From Planctomycetota bacterium (lineage in GTDB: Bacteria; Planctomycetota; MHYJ01; JACQXL01): 52,597 nt of DNA. Shown here in pieces: positions 39,881 to 49,932 of the stretch. Where the stretch lies: positions 1-52,597 of the forward strand of contig JBFMDM010000003.1 of assembly GCA_040753835.1 (NCBI GenBank), in the 5' to 3' direction. The notes under the pieces were generated by a model. It had not been told where the DNA came from. It saw nothing but the letters and a program-made list of their open reading frames with translations, and did no database searches. A program made the translations under genes and the position numbers. How positions within the stretch are numbered: position 1 is the first letter of the stretch; each line of letters starts with the position of its first letter.

Positions 39881-40747
39881 CTATATTTGCGCTGAATCTA
39901 ATCCGTGAAATCGGTGCAAACTTGTACTGAGCGCAGCGAACGTATCTGTGGTTGCCTTTCTTCCCACGATTTCCAGATGCCCGGCTGAGCCGAGTAATGC
40001 CTCCTCGGAATTAAGTTTTAACTCCAACTTTAACAGCCGGTCAAACACCTTCTTGTCCTTGAGAATCTCCGATGTGGAATTGAGTGGCAGAACTACCTTG
40101 CCAATCAGGGAAAGAATCTCAAATCCGCTGTTGGCCAGTAATTTGCGCAACCCATCCGGCGTGAAATAGGTTATCGGATATTGCTCCTCCTCATCTCTGG
40201 TGAACCAATTTGTTTTACCGGTCCGGACGAATTGCTCCAGTTCATCTATAGCGGACTGGTTGACGAATACCCGCATCCCGCCGAATTTATTATCCACCGA
40301 GGAGATGAAGAATCCCTTTGGCTTGAGAACCCGATAAACCTCTTTGACTGCCTTGCGGGCGTCGGTGCAATAAGACAGCGGGTCGCCCTGGGCAATGACG
40401 AGGTCAAATAAGCCGGGTTCAAAGATAGACAAGTCGCAGATATCTGCCTTAGCAAAACTAATCTTTGAGCCGAATCCGGCCTGCTCTGCTTTGTCTTTGG
40501 CTGTATCCAGCATCTTATGGGAAATATCAGCGACTGTTACTTCATAACCGGACTTGGCCAGTTTCAAGGCCCAGAGGCCCGTGCCGCCTCCGATATCCAG
40601 GACCTTACTGCCGGACAGGCTGGGCAGGAAACGTTTCAGGTTATGCCAGGTAACCGCGTTATAGAAATCCCAGTATGGGGTCTGGTAGGAGTCGTCATAT
40701 TTCCCGGCCACCCGGTCATAATACCGCTCGCAGGACGATTTTTTCAT
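39881..40747 (-). CDS. class I SAM-dependent methyltransferase
   Basis: YDRVAGKYD, VLDIGGGTG, DIS, FDLVIA and VLKPKG motifs. Confidence 0.9.
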   Translation of the reverse strand: MKKSSCERYYDRVAGKYDDSYQTPYWDFYNAVTWHNLKRFLPSLSGSKVLDIGGGTGLWALKLAKSGYEVTVADISHKMLDTAKDKAEQAGFGSKISFAKADICDLSIFEPGLFDLVIAQGDPLSYCTDARKAVKEVYRVLKPKGFFISSVDNKFGGMRVFVNQSAIDELEQFVRTGKTNWFTRDEEEQYPITYFTPDGLRKLLANSGFEILSLIGKVVLPLNSTSEILKDKKVFDRLLKLELKLNSEEALLGSAGHLEIVGRKATTDTFAALSTSLHRFHGLDSAQI

Positions 40748-40813
40748 ACGACCGAATTATATTTATTTTATACCGTAAGGCAAGATTAAATTATCAAGTG
40801 TCATATTTCTTTC

Positions 40814-40842
40814 TTGACATTTGTCCGCCAACCTGATAATAT
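40814..40842 (+). promoter_or_regulatory. sigma70-type promoter
   Basis: TTGACA-17 nt-TAATAT upstream of 40915. Confidence 0.55.
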
Positions 40843-40914
40843 TCCTAATCCTTTGCGCCCCTTAAACGGGATAAGCACTCGTAAGGATCTCTAATGTGAA
40901 CCAGACGATTGCCT

Positions 40915-41238
40915 ATGTTCCATTTTATCTGCGACCGGTGCGAGAAGGGTCTGCTCCTGGGCGAGGACGTGCGCTATGAAATGACCGTGGAAATCAAGTC
41001 CGCCTACGACCCGATGGAAATCACCGGCGAGGATTTGAAGAAGGATTTTAACGACGAAATACTGGAACTGCTCAATAAGATGAAGCATAAGACCCAGGAA
41101 GAACTGGAAGACCAAGTCTATAAACTGTTTAAGTTTGACCTGTGTATGGAATGCCAGAAAAGAATACTGAAGGACCCGCTGCTCAGGGAAGGTTACAAGG
41201 GTTACAATAGTTACAAAGGTTACCAGGAACAACCATAA
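40915..41238 (+). CDS. small hypothetical protein with two CxxC pairs
   Basis: CDRC...SAYDPMEIT...FDLCMECQK; co-oriented with the activase gene. Confidence 0.7.
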   Translation: MFHFICDRCEKGLLLGEDVRYEMTVEIKSAYDPMEITGEDLKKDFNDEILELLNKMKHKTQEELEDQVYKLFKFDLCMECQKRILKDPLLREGYKGYNSYKGYQEQP

Positions 41239-41259
41239 CTTTTGTAACCTGTTAGATGT

Positions 41260-44200
41260 ATGTATTTAGGCATTGACATCGGTTCTGTAGCGGTCAAGGC
41301 GGTGGTTCTTGACAATGACCTCAAGATAAAAGAGACCCAATACGTGCGCTCGCACGGCCAGCCCTTTGAGACCACGCTTGCCGTACTCAAGGACGTCTTT
41401 ACCCGCCATAATCCCGAACACATAGAATTCATCGCCACAACCGGCACAGGCGGCAAGAACCTGGCCACATTCACCAGCGCGGCCTTTGTCAACGAAATCA
41501 CGGCCCAGGCCACGGGCACCAGCACGCTCCATCCCAAGGTCAAGACCATCATTGAAATCGGCGGAGAGGACGCCAAGGTCATTAAGGTGGATTCGTATTA
41601 CGGCAAGGCGGTGCGGATACTGGATTTCGCCACGAATTCGGCCTGCGCAGCCGGTACCGGCTCGTTCCTGGACCAGCAGGCCTCGCGGTTAGGCATAAAG
41701 ATAGAAGACGTGGGCCAGGAGGCGCTGAATTCCAAGCATCCCTCAACGGTCGCGGCCCGGTGCAGTGTCTTTGCCAAGAGCGATATGATTCATCTCCAGC
41801 AGGTCGGCACCTCGGTGGGCGACATCCTGGCCGGCCTGTGCTTTGCAATGGCCCGCAATTTCAAGAGCAGTATTGCCAAGGGCGTCAATATAGAAAAACC
41901 CATCGCCTTCCAGGGCGGCGTGGCGGCCAACCAGGGTATGCTCAGGGCGTTCAGGGAGGTTCTCCAGATAAACGAGAACGACATTATCGTGCCTGAATAT
42001 TTCGCCTTTATGGGCGCAATCGGCGCGGTGCTGTCCCTGGCTCATTCCTACCGGCCCAGGAAGGTCAAGAGCGTTGCAGTCGGGCCGGCCCGAATTATCA
42101 GCGACATAGAGCGGTATCTGGCCGAGCGTAAACTGGACCTGCAGAGACAGGCGCCGCTCAAGAACGACGACTATAACATACAGGTTGAACCGCTCCAACT
42201 CAAGGATGGAGAGAAGGCGGAGGCGTATGTCGGCGTGGATGTGGGCTCTATCTCCACCAATGTGGTGGTGATTAACAATGACAACCAGGTGCTGGCCCGA
42301 CGTTATCTGATGACGGCCGGACGGCCTATTGAGGCGGTGCGCCGCGGACTTCTTGAGGTCGGCGCGGAGATTGCAGATAAGGTCATCATCAAGGGCGCGG
42401 GCTCAACCGGCTCAGGCCGGCATATGACCGGCGAATTCTTCGGCGCGGACGTAATCAAGAACGAGATTACCAGCCATGCCCGGGCCGCCGTGGCGGCTGA
42501 CAAGCGGGTGGACACCATCTTTGAAATCGGCGGGCAGGATTCCAAATACATCTCGCTCAAGGACGGCGTGGTGGTTGATTTCACGATGAACAAGGTCTGC
42601 GCGGCCGGCACCGGCTCGTTCCTGGAGGAGCAGGCCGAAAAACTGGCCATTAAGATTAACAAGGAATTCGCCGAGCGGGCATTCTGTTCGGGCGGGCCGT
42701 GCTCTTTGGGCGAGCGTTGCACGGTTTTTATGGAATCGCAACTGAATTATTACAAGCAACAGGGCGTGGAAAAGAACGACCTCATCTCCGGACTGGCCTA
42801 TTCCATTGTGGAGAATTACCTCAACAAGGTGGTGGAAAAGCGCAAGGTGGGCGAGCATATTTTCTTCCAGGGCGGCGTGGCCTTTAACCGGGCGGTGAAG
42901 AACGCCTTTGAGCAGGTCACCGGCAAGAAGGTGATTGTCCCGCCCCATCACGACATCCTCGGCGCGGTCGGAGCGGCTATCCTGGCCAAAGAGGAACGCC
43001 AGGCCAATGATTATAAAACCAAGTTCAAGGGCTTTGACCTGAAGCATATCCAATATGAATCCTCATCCTTTGAGTGCACGGACTGCTCGAATAACTGCGA
43101 GATACACAAGGTGAAGTTCAGTCAGCCGGCAGTCCAGCAGTCCAACCCGCCTGACGGACGGGCAGGCAGTCTAGCAAGAATAAAGACATTGCACTACGGC
43201 TCGCGTTGCGGGAAATACGATGACGCCGATGATAAACAGGCGTCGCACATTGTCAGGGAGCGGCTGCCTCATTTCTTCAGGGAACGGCAGCGAGTGTTAT
43301 TAGAGTCAAAGAGCCAACAGACCAGCAGACCGGCAGGACGGCCGACCATTGGCATCCCGCGCATCTCGGTATTTTACGACCTTTATCCGCTCTGGCGCAC
43401 CTTTTTCTCGGAACTGGGCCTGGAGGTGGTTTTATCGGACGACACCAACCGTTCGGTTATCAAGAAAGGCGTGGAGAACGTGGTGGCAGAGCCGTGCTTC
43501 CCAATCAAAACCGCGCACGGACATATCATAAACGTCCTGGAAAAGAAGGTTGATTACCTGTTCATCCCCTTCCAGGTGAATATGCCGCCGCTAAGCAAAC
43601 ACTTTGACCGGTCTTACAACTGCCCTTATATCCAGGCGTTACCGGACACGACCAGGAGCGCCATTGATTACAAGAAATACGATACCAAGGTTATCCGGCC
43701 GGTATTTTATATGGACCGGGGCCGGAAGGAGATAGAGAAGACCTTAAAGCAAATAGCAAAAAGCGTAGAGCATCGGGCAAATATAAACCAGTGTATAGAG
43801 AAGGCGTTTGAGGCCCAGGAAAAGTTCGACCGCTGGCAGTCAGAACACGGCAAGGAAGTTCTGGCGAATACAAACCAGCCCTCCCTGGTGCTGGTGACCC
43901 GCTCGTATAACAGTTATGACACGGGCCTTAACCTGAATCTGGTGGATAAACTGCGCAAACTGGGGATGCCGGTAATCCCGATTGACTTCCTGCCGATGAA
44001 AGAGATAGCCGAGGAAATCGGTCGTGATTATCCGTATATGTACTGGCGCTCGGGCCAGAAAATCTTGGCCGCGGCCCGTTATATCGGCCGAACGCCTAAT
44101 CTATTTGCGGTGTATCTGACCAACTTCAACTGCGGGCCGGATTCCTACATCACCAAATTCTTTGAGAAGGAGATGCACGGCAAGCCGTATCTGTCGCTGG

Positions 44201-45546
44201 AGATAGACGAGCACAGCGCGGACGCGGGAATGCAGACCCGTTGCGAGGCGTTTATTGACACGATGAGGCACGCCCGCAACATGGCCATCAAGAGCAGTCA
44301 TCCGGCTGCGACCGTGCCGCTGGCGTCGCTGTCCCGGAACGGGCGGACAATTTACATCCCCTATATGGACGACCACGGATTCATTGTGGCGGCCGCATTC
44401 CGCTCGGCCGGCATTGACGCCGAGGCACTTCCGCCTTCGGATGACGACAGTTTGAACATCGGACGGAAATACACCTCGGGCCGCGAGTGTTTTCCGAGCA
44501 TCATCACCACCGGAGATATTATCAAGAAAAGCAACAGCCCCGGTTTCAAGGCGGAGCACAGCGCCTTCTTTATGCCTTCGGCCAAGGGGCCCTGCAGATT
44601 CGGGCAATATAATAAACTGCACCGGATGGTGCTGGATGAGGTGGGCTTGGCCGACGTACCTCTGGTAACCTTTGACCAGACCGCCAATTTCCACAAGGAT
44701 ATGGCGGTGCTCGGCTCGGCCAAGTTCAAGAAGAACGTCTGGCGCGGGCTGGTGCTGTTGGACCTGCTCCAGAAAATAGCCCGCGAGACCAGGCCTTACG
44801 AGACGACAAAGGGCGAGACCAACCGGGTCTATGCCGAATCGTTCAAGGCGTTGCAGGATTTTGTTGAATCAGCCCCAAAGGAAAACGGCGATATTGAGGG
44901 CTTTACCAAGAATATTATCAGGCATTTTGACGCCATCAAGACCGACCGCTCCAAGCTCAAGCCGAAAATCGGCATCATCGGAGAGATTTATGTTCGGAGC
45001 AATCCCTTTACCAATAATTACGTGGTCTCCAAGATGGAAGAACTGGGCGCCGAGGTTTCCCTGCCGCCTTTTGAGGAGTGGCTGGATTACATTGATTATA
45101 TCCGCGAGGAGGATTACCTGCTCAAGAACGATTATCTGAATTACCTCAAGCAGAAGATAACCCTGGTATTCCAGGAGCGCGAGGCGAATAAAATCCGCAA
45201 GCACTTCAAGGGTAAAATCCGCCATTTCCATTATGAATCTTCAACTGCGAAAGTGGTCAAGCACGGCTCGGCCTATATTGAGCCAGCCCTGAGGGGCGAG
45301 GCGGTCCTGAGTTTGGGCCGTGCCGAGGAATACGCCCACGCCGGATTCAATGGCATCCTCAATATCATCCCCTTCGGCTGTATGCCGGGCAATATCGTCA
45401 CCGCCCTGCTCAAGCGGTTCAAGGACGAATACAACATCCCAGTCCTGACTATGACCGTGGACGGCATCAAGAATCCGGGCGAGGAGATGCGTATAGAGGC
45501 GTTCGTCAGGCAGGCGGCTGAGTTGGTAAATACCTCTAAACATTAA
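41260..45546 (+). CDS. acyl-CoA dehydratase activase (two BadF/BcrAD ATPase domains plus DUF2229-type domains)
   Basis: GIDIGS and GVDVGS, EIGGEDAK and EIGGQDSK, two CAAGTGSFL, CFPIK, NCGPDS, IDEHS and PFGCMP motifs. Confidence 0.92.
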   Translation: MYLGIDIGSVAVKAVVLDNDLKIKETQYVRSHGQPFETTLAVLKDVFTRHNPEHIEFIATTGTGGKNLATFTSAAFVNEITAQATGTSTLHPKVKTIIEIGGEDAKVIKVDSYYGKAVRILDFATNSACAAGTGSFLDQQASRLGIKIEDVGQEALNSKHPSTVAARCSVFAKSDMIHLQQVGTSVGDILAGLCFAMARNFKSSIAKGVNIEKPIAFQGGVAANQGMLRAFREVLQINENDIIVPEYFAFMGAIGAVLSLAHSYRPRKVKSVAVGPARIISDIERYLAERKLDLQRQAPLKNDDYNIQVEPLQLKDGEKAEAYVGVDVGSISTNVVVINNDNQVLARRYLMTAGRPIEAVRRGLLEVGAEIADKVIIKGAGSTGSGRHMTGEFFGADVIKNEITSHARAAVAADKRVDTIFEIGGQDSKYISLKDGVVVDFTMNKVCAAGTGSFLEEQAEKLAIKINKEFAERAFCSGGPCSLGERCTVFMESQLNYYKQQGVEKNDLISGLAYSIVENYLNKVVEKRKVGEHIFFQGGVAFNRAVKNAFEQVTGKKVIVPPHHDILGAVGAAILAKEERQANDYKTKFKGFDLKHIQYESSSFECTDCSNNCEIHKVKFSQPAVQQSNPPDGRAGSLARIKTLHYGSRCGKYDDADDKQASHIVRERLPHFFRERQRVLLESKSQQTSRPAGRPTIGIPRISVFYDLYPLWRTFFSELGLEVVLSDDTNRSVIKKGVENVVAEPCFPIKTAHGHIINVLEKKVDYLFIPFQVNMPPLSKHFDRSYNCPYIQALPDTTRSAIDYKKYDTKVIRPVFYMDRGRKEIEKTLKQIAKSVEHRANINQCIEKAFEAQEKFDRWQSEHGKEVLANTNQPSLVLVTRSYNSYDTGLNLNLVDKLRKLGMPVIPIDFLPMKEIAEEIGRDYPYMYWRSGQKILAAARYIGRTPNLFAVYLTNFNCGPDSYITKFFEKEMHGKPYLSLEIDEHSADAGMQTRCEAFIDTMRHARNMAIKSSHPAATVPLASLSRNGRTIYIPYMDDHGFIVAAAFRSAGIDAEALPPSDDDSLNIGRKYTSGRECFPSIITTGDIIKKSNSPGFKAEHSAFFMPSAKGPCRFGQYNKLHRMVLDEVGLADVPLVTFDQTANFHKDMAVLGSAKFKKNVWRGLVLLDLLQKIARETRPYETTKGETNRVYAESFKALQDFVESAPKENGDIEGFTKNIIRHFDAIKTDRSKLKPKIGIIGEIYVRSNPFTNNYVVSKMEELGAEVSLPPFEEWLDYIDYIREEDYLLKNDYLNYLKQKITLVFQEREANKIRKHFKGKIRHFHYESSTAKVVKHGSAYIEPALRGEAVLSLGRAEEYAHAGFNGILNIIPFGCMPGNIVTALLKRFKDEYNIPVLTMTVDGIKNPGEEMRIEAFVRQAAELVNTSKH

Positions 45547-45714
45547 AGCATCGTCTTGTCGCCAAGGATATAATTCTTGGGCGCATCTATTTGCGTCAAT
45601 CTGCGTTTATCTGCGGTTACATTTTACTTGATTTTTCCCCAGAATGATATACCTAACGGTATTTCCGCCAAAGGCGGATCCGCCTCCGGCGGACTATAAG
45701 ACCGAACTTTTATT

Positions 45715-47532
45715 ATGTTCAAAAACCTGGGATTGTTTCTGCCGCTGTTAAAAGGCCACTACAGAAAATATATCATCGCCAGTTTGGCGCTGTTTGTAGT
45801 GGATGTTATTGATGTTTCTCTGCCGATACTTATCGGCAAGGCGTTTGACCAGGCGGTAAACGGCATCAGCGGAAAAGCAGGGCTGGCTGAGGCGTCCAAG
45901 AACATCAGTTTGATTGTCCTGATTTTTATCGGAGGGGTAATCCTCCAGGGACTCCTGCGCTATTGGTGGCGCTATTTGTATCACAGCGCCTCGCTTATGG
46001 TCGCCAACGATATCCGGAACCGGCTCTTCGCCCATCTCCAGAAACTGTCAATGAACTTCTTCCACAACGCCCGGACCGGCGACATTATGTCCCGCGCCAC
46101 CAATGACGTGGACTGGGTGCGGATGTTCCTGGGTGAAGGCGCCATCATCATCGTGGATATCTTCTTCTATTTTATGATGGTGCCGTTCATTATGATAAGC
46201 ATGAGCCCGTCCCTGACGCTTTATACGGTGCTCAGTTGCGCCTTCATCCCGTTCTTTGTCTGGTCCACGAGCAAGCGCCTGCACGCCAAGAGCGCAGATG
46301 TCCAGGAATCAATGTCCGACGTATCGCAGTCAGCCGAGGAGAATTTCTCCGGCGTCCGGGTCATCAAGTCATTTGCCCAGGAGGAAAACCAGTTGGACCG
46401 CTTCCGCCAGGCGAACGACACCTACCTGAAGAAGAATCTGTCCCTTGCCAAACTCTCGTCGTTCTTCCATCCGGTCCTTGGGTTCAACGTGGGCTTCAGC
46501 GCCTTTGTCATCCTTTTCCTGGGCGGACTGCAGGTGATTGACAACAAGATTACGCCCGGCGACCTGGTGGCGTTTATGCAACTCCTCGGCCGGATTGCCT
46601 GGCCGATGGTCGGCCTGGGAATGTCGGTTACCATCTACCAGCGCGCCTCGGCCTCTATGACGAGATTATTGCAGATTCTCCAGGTCAGGCCTGAGGTCCA
46701 GGATTCCGGCAATACGCCCGCCCCGCAGACCAATGACCTGGAGGTGGAATTTAAGGATGTAAATTTCTCGCACCGGATACCGGAGTTGTCGCGCGATGGA
46801 ATACCCCAGCAGGACGACTTCAAGACCATCCCGGCGCTCAAGAATATCAATCTCAAGATTCCGCCCAATTCCATTGTAGCCATTACCGGCCCAATCGGCG
46901 GCGGCAAAACAACCCTGCTTAACCTGCTTTGCCGGTTCTATGACTGCGGCTCGGGCGGGATTCTGATTAATGGGACTGACATCAGGAACTTTCCTGTCAA
47001 GGACTTGCGCGCTATGATGGGCATAGTGCCCCAGGACATATTCCTTTTTTCCGATACCATCAAAGACAATATAACCTTTGGGCTGGACGAAGCGCCGCTC
47101 AATGAACGAATAGTCCGGGCCACCGAATCCGTATCTATGCACGATGCCATCCTTTCCATCCCGCAGAAATACGAGGCCTATCTGGGCGAGCGAGGCATCA
47201 ACTTGTCCGGCGGCCAGCGCCAGCGGGTCTCTCTGGCCCGGGCCCTGATAAAGAACCCGCCGCTTCTGATTCTGGACGACTGTTTTTCGGCCGTGGACTA
47301 CGAGACCGAACGCCAGATTCTCAGAAGCATCATAGCCAATAAATCCCACGACCAAACCGTGCTCGTTGTCTCGCACCGCCTGGCTGTGATGAGCATGGCT
47401 GATTTTATCGTATTTATGGACAAGGGCGAGATTGTGGAGCAGGGAACCCATTCGGAATTGCTGGCCAAGAACAACGCCTATGCCCGGTTCTGCGAATACC
47501 AGAATATAAAGGAGCAGCTGGAGAGCGCCTAA
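45715..47532 (+). CDS. ABC exporter half-transporter (degenerate-site subunit)
   Basis: TMD plus NBD: GPIGGGKT, LSGGQRQR, ILDDCFSAVD (Walker B Glu replaced by Asp). Confidence 0.93.
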   Translation: MFKNLGLFLPLLKGHYRKYIIASLALFVVDVIDVSLPILIGKAFDQAVNGISGKAGLAEASKNISLIVLIFIGGVILQGLLRYWWRYLYHSASLMVANDIRNRLFAHLQKLSMNFFHNARTGDIMSRATNDVDWVRMFLGEGAIIIVDIFFYFMMVPFIMISMSPSLTLYTVLSCAFIPFFVWSTSKRLHAKSADVQESMSDVSQSAEENFSGVRVIKSFAQEENQLDRFRQANDTYLKKNLSLAKLSSFFHPVLGFNVGFSAFVILFLGGLQVIDNKITPGDLVAFMQLLGRIAWPMVGLGMSVTIYQRASASMTRLLQILQVRPEVQDSGNTPAPQTNDLEVEFKDVNFSHRIPELSRDGIPQQDDFKTIPALKNINLKIPPNSIVAITGPIGGGKTTLLNLLCRFYDCGSGGILINGTDIRNFPVKDLRAMMGIVPQDIFLFSDTIKDNITFGLDEAPLNERIVRATESVSMHDAILSIPQKYEAYLGERGINLSGGQRQRVSLARALIKNPPLLILDDCFSAVDYETERQILRSIIANKSHDQTVLVVSHRLAVMSMADFIVFMDKGEIVEQGTHSELLAKNNAYARFCEYQNIKEQLESA

Positions 47533-47538
47533 AAATAT

Positions 47539-49635
47539 ATGCAAACGTACCATCAGGAAGACGACATTGTTGACAAGCAGTATGACCTGTCCCTGGTCAA
47601 GCGTCTGCTGGTCTTTGCCATGCCCTATCTCGGACTGGTGACTTTCCTCATCTTCCTGACCCTGATTCTTACCATATTATCCGTGGCAATGGCCCCGAGA
47701 TTGCAGGGCCTGGCGCTGAATGAACTTGTGCCGGCGTCGGACTTCTCAACTGATGAATTTACCGATGCGTTATCCGTTAAAAACCTGTGCGACGCGCTCC
47801 GCAAGGATGGTTTTAACATCCAGAATGATACGGTTAAGGAACTCAACAGGTTGCTGGGCCAGTCGGATACCATTGTCAGATTAGACGACATCAGGAAGCG
47901 GACGCCTGAAAAGGCCGGTATAGACCTCAAGAATGTCTATAGCGTAAGGAAAAAGAGCGAGAAACGCATAAAGAAGGACAACCGGGACGCCCTGCAACTA
48001 ATGTATCCGAAGGAAACGCCGGAATTCAAGAGCGCCCCGGGCAAGTTTAACAAGCGCCAATTTGTCATCCTCGCCTTGATTATCCTGGCCAACCTGGTCC
48101 TCTGCCTGCTCCTGAGCATCTGGCAGAGTTATTCAATGTCCAAACTGGGCCAGCGGATTATCTTTGATATCAGGATGAAGACCTTCGGACACCTGCAGAA
48201 AATGTCCCTGGGCTTTTACGACAAGCAACCGGTCGGCCGGCTGGTCACCCGGGCAACCAACGACGTCAATGCCATCGGCGATTTTCTCTCCACGGCCATG
48301 GTTACCGTAGTCAACGACATATTTATGATTGCCGTGCTGGTCGTGGCAATGTTCTGGCTGGATTACAAACTGGCTATCATCGTGCTCTCCGCCGTAATTC
48401 CTCTCCTTATTATTACGATGATATTCAAGCCGAAACTGAGGATAACCTACCGGGCGGTCCGCAAAAAGATAGCCCAGTTGAACGCCTACCTGGCTGAAAG
48501 TTTGTCCGGCATAAAGGTAATCCAGGCATTCAACCAGGAGCCCAAGACCTACAATAAATTCTCGGCCATCAATTACGAGCATTTCGCCCTTTCCCGCCGG
48601 GCTCTGATTTACCAGGCGACCTTTATACCGTCTGTTTCCATACTCAGGGGCACGGTTATTGCCCTCATCCTGTACTTCGGGCTCCGGCTATCCCTGAATG
48701 ATGTGATTGAAATCGGCGTGGTTTATACCTTCTTGGATTACAGCATGAACTTCTTCGGCCCGATTCAGGACCTGGCTGACAAATACCTGATGTTCCAGGG
48801 CGCTATGGCCTCGGCCGAGCGTATCTTCGGCATCCTGGACACGCCGGTTGATATCCAGGACCCGGCCGCGCCGCGTAAACTCATAGAAGACCCGATAGGC
48901 CACGAGATAGAGTTTGATAATGTTACCTTCTCCTACGAGCCAGACAAGCCGGTGCTGAATAATATCTCATTCAAGATAAAGAGAAACGAAAGCGTGGCCT
49001 TTGTGGGCGTGACCGGCAGTGGAAAATCCACCATTATTAATCTACTCTGCCGTTTCTATGATGTGGACTCAGGCCGCATCCTGATTGACGGCATAAACAT
49101 CAGGGATATGAGCCAACAGGACTTGCGCCGCCGCCTGGGCATTGTCCTGCAGGACGTCTTCCTATTTGCCGGCACTATCACGGACAACATCGCGCTCTGG
49201 GATAAGAGCATTCCGCCTCAGAAAGTAAAGGACGTCTGCGAGGATATCTTTGCCTCTACCTTTATTGAGAAACTGCCCAACAAATACGAGAGCCGGATTG
49301 GCGAGCGCGGAATGACCATCTCAGGCGGCCAGCGCCAGTTGCTGGCATTCGCCCGGACTATGGCATTTGACCCCTCCATCCTCATCCTGGACGAAGCCAC
49401 CTCGTCTGTGGACGTGGAAACCGAATATTACATCCAAGAAGCCATTAAAAAGATGGTCAAGAAAATGACCTCTATCATTATCGCCCACCGGTTATCAACC
49501 ATCCAGAACGTTGACCGCATCTATGTCATTCATAAAGGCGAGATAAAAGAGGTCGGCAATCACCAGCAATTGATGGAAAAGAAAGGCATCTACCACACCC
49601 TCTGCAAAATCCAGACCGACGGCTATCTGGCGTAG
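47539..49635 (+). CDS. ABC exporter half-transporter (consensus subunit)
   Basis: TMD plus NBD: GVTGSGKS, ISGGQRQ, ILDEATSSVD, IAHRLST. Confidence 0.93.
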   Translation: MQTYHQEDDIVDKQYDLSLVKRLLVFAMPYLGLVTFLIFLTLILTILSVAMAPRLQGLALNELVPASDFSTDEFTDALSVKNLCDALRKDGFNIQNDTVKELNRLLGQSDTIVRLDDIRKRTPEKAGIDLKNVYSVRKKSEKRIKKDNRDALQLMYPKETPEFKSAPGKFNKRQFVILALIILANLVLCLLLSIWQSYSMSKLGQRIIFDIRMKTFGHLQKMSLGFYDKQPVGRLVTRATNDVNAIGDFLSTAMVTVVNDIFMIAVLVVAMFWLDYKLAIIVLSAVIPLLIITMIFKPKLRITYRAVRKKIAQLNAYLAESLSGIKVIQAFNQEPKTYNKFSAINYEHFALSRRALIYQATFIPSVSILRGTVIALILYFGLRLSLNDVIEIGVVYTFLDYSMNFFGPIQDLADKYLMFQGAMASAERIFGILDTPVDIQDPAAPRKLIEDPIGHEIEFDNVTFSYEPDKPVLNNISFKIKRNESVAFVGVTGSGKSTIINLLCRFYDVDSGRILIDGINIRDMSQQDLRRRLGIVLQDVFLFAGTITDNIALWDKSIPPQKVKDVCEDIFASTFIEKLPNKYESRIGERGMTISGGQRQLLAFARTMAFDPSILILDEATSSVDVETEYYIQEAIKKMVKKMTSIIIAHRLSTIQNVDRIYVIHKGEIKEVGNHQQLMEKKGIYHTLCKIQTDGYLA

Positions 49636-49798
49636 CCGCAGCGAAGTCCCGATTATTTCGGGGCGTAAAAGGCAACCACAGATACACACAGATATACACG
49701 GATTAATTACGTAATTCTTATCGGCGCTAATCCGCGTCCCATGCGTATTAAATCTCTATGCTATACGCTCCACGCTAAACGCTTTACGCGTATCTTGC

Positions 49799-49852
49799 AT
49801 CTGTGTAATCTGTGCAAACTTGTACTGAGCGCAGCGAACGTATCTGTGGTTG
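49799..49852. repeat. dispersed repeat, also at 39915-39954 and inverted at 51994-52047
   Basis: Core TGCAAACTTGTACTGAGCGCAGCGAACGTATCTGTGGTTG is identical in all three copies. Confidence 0.85.
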
Positions 49853-49932
49853 TATTTCTTCCGTACCCTTTGTGCTCTTAGTGTTTTCTGTGGTTAGTCC
49901 TTCTCCACGCTTATCTGCGTAATCTGTGATTA

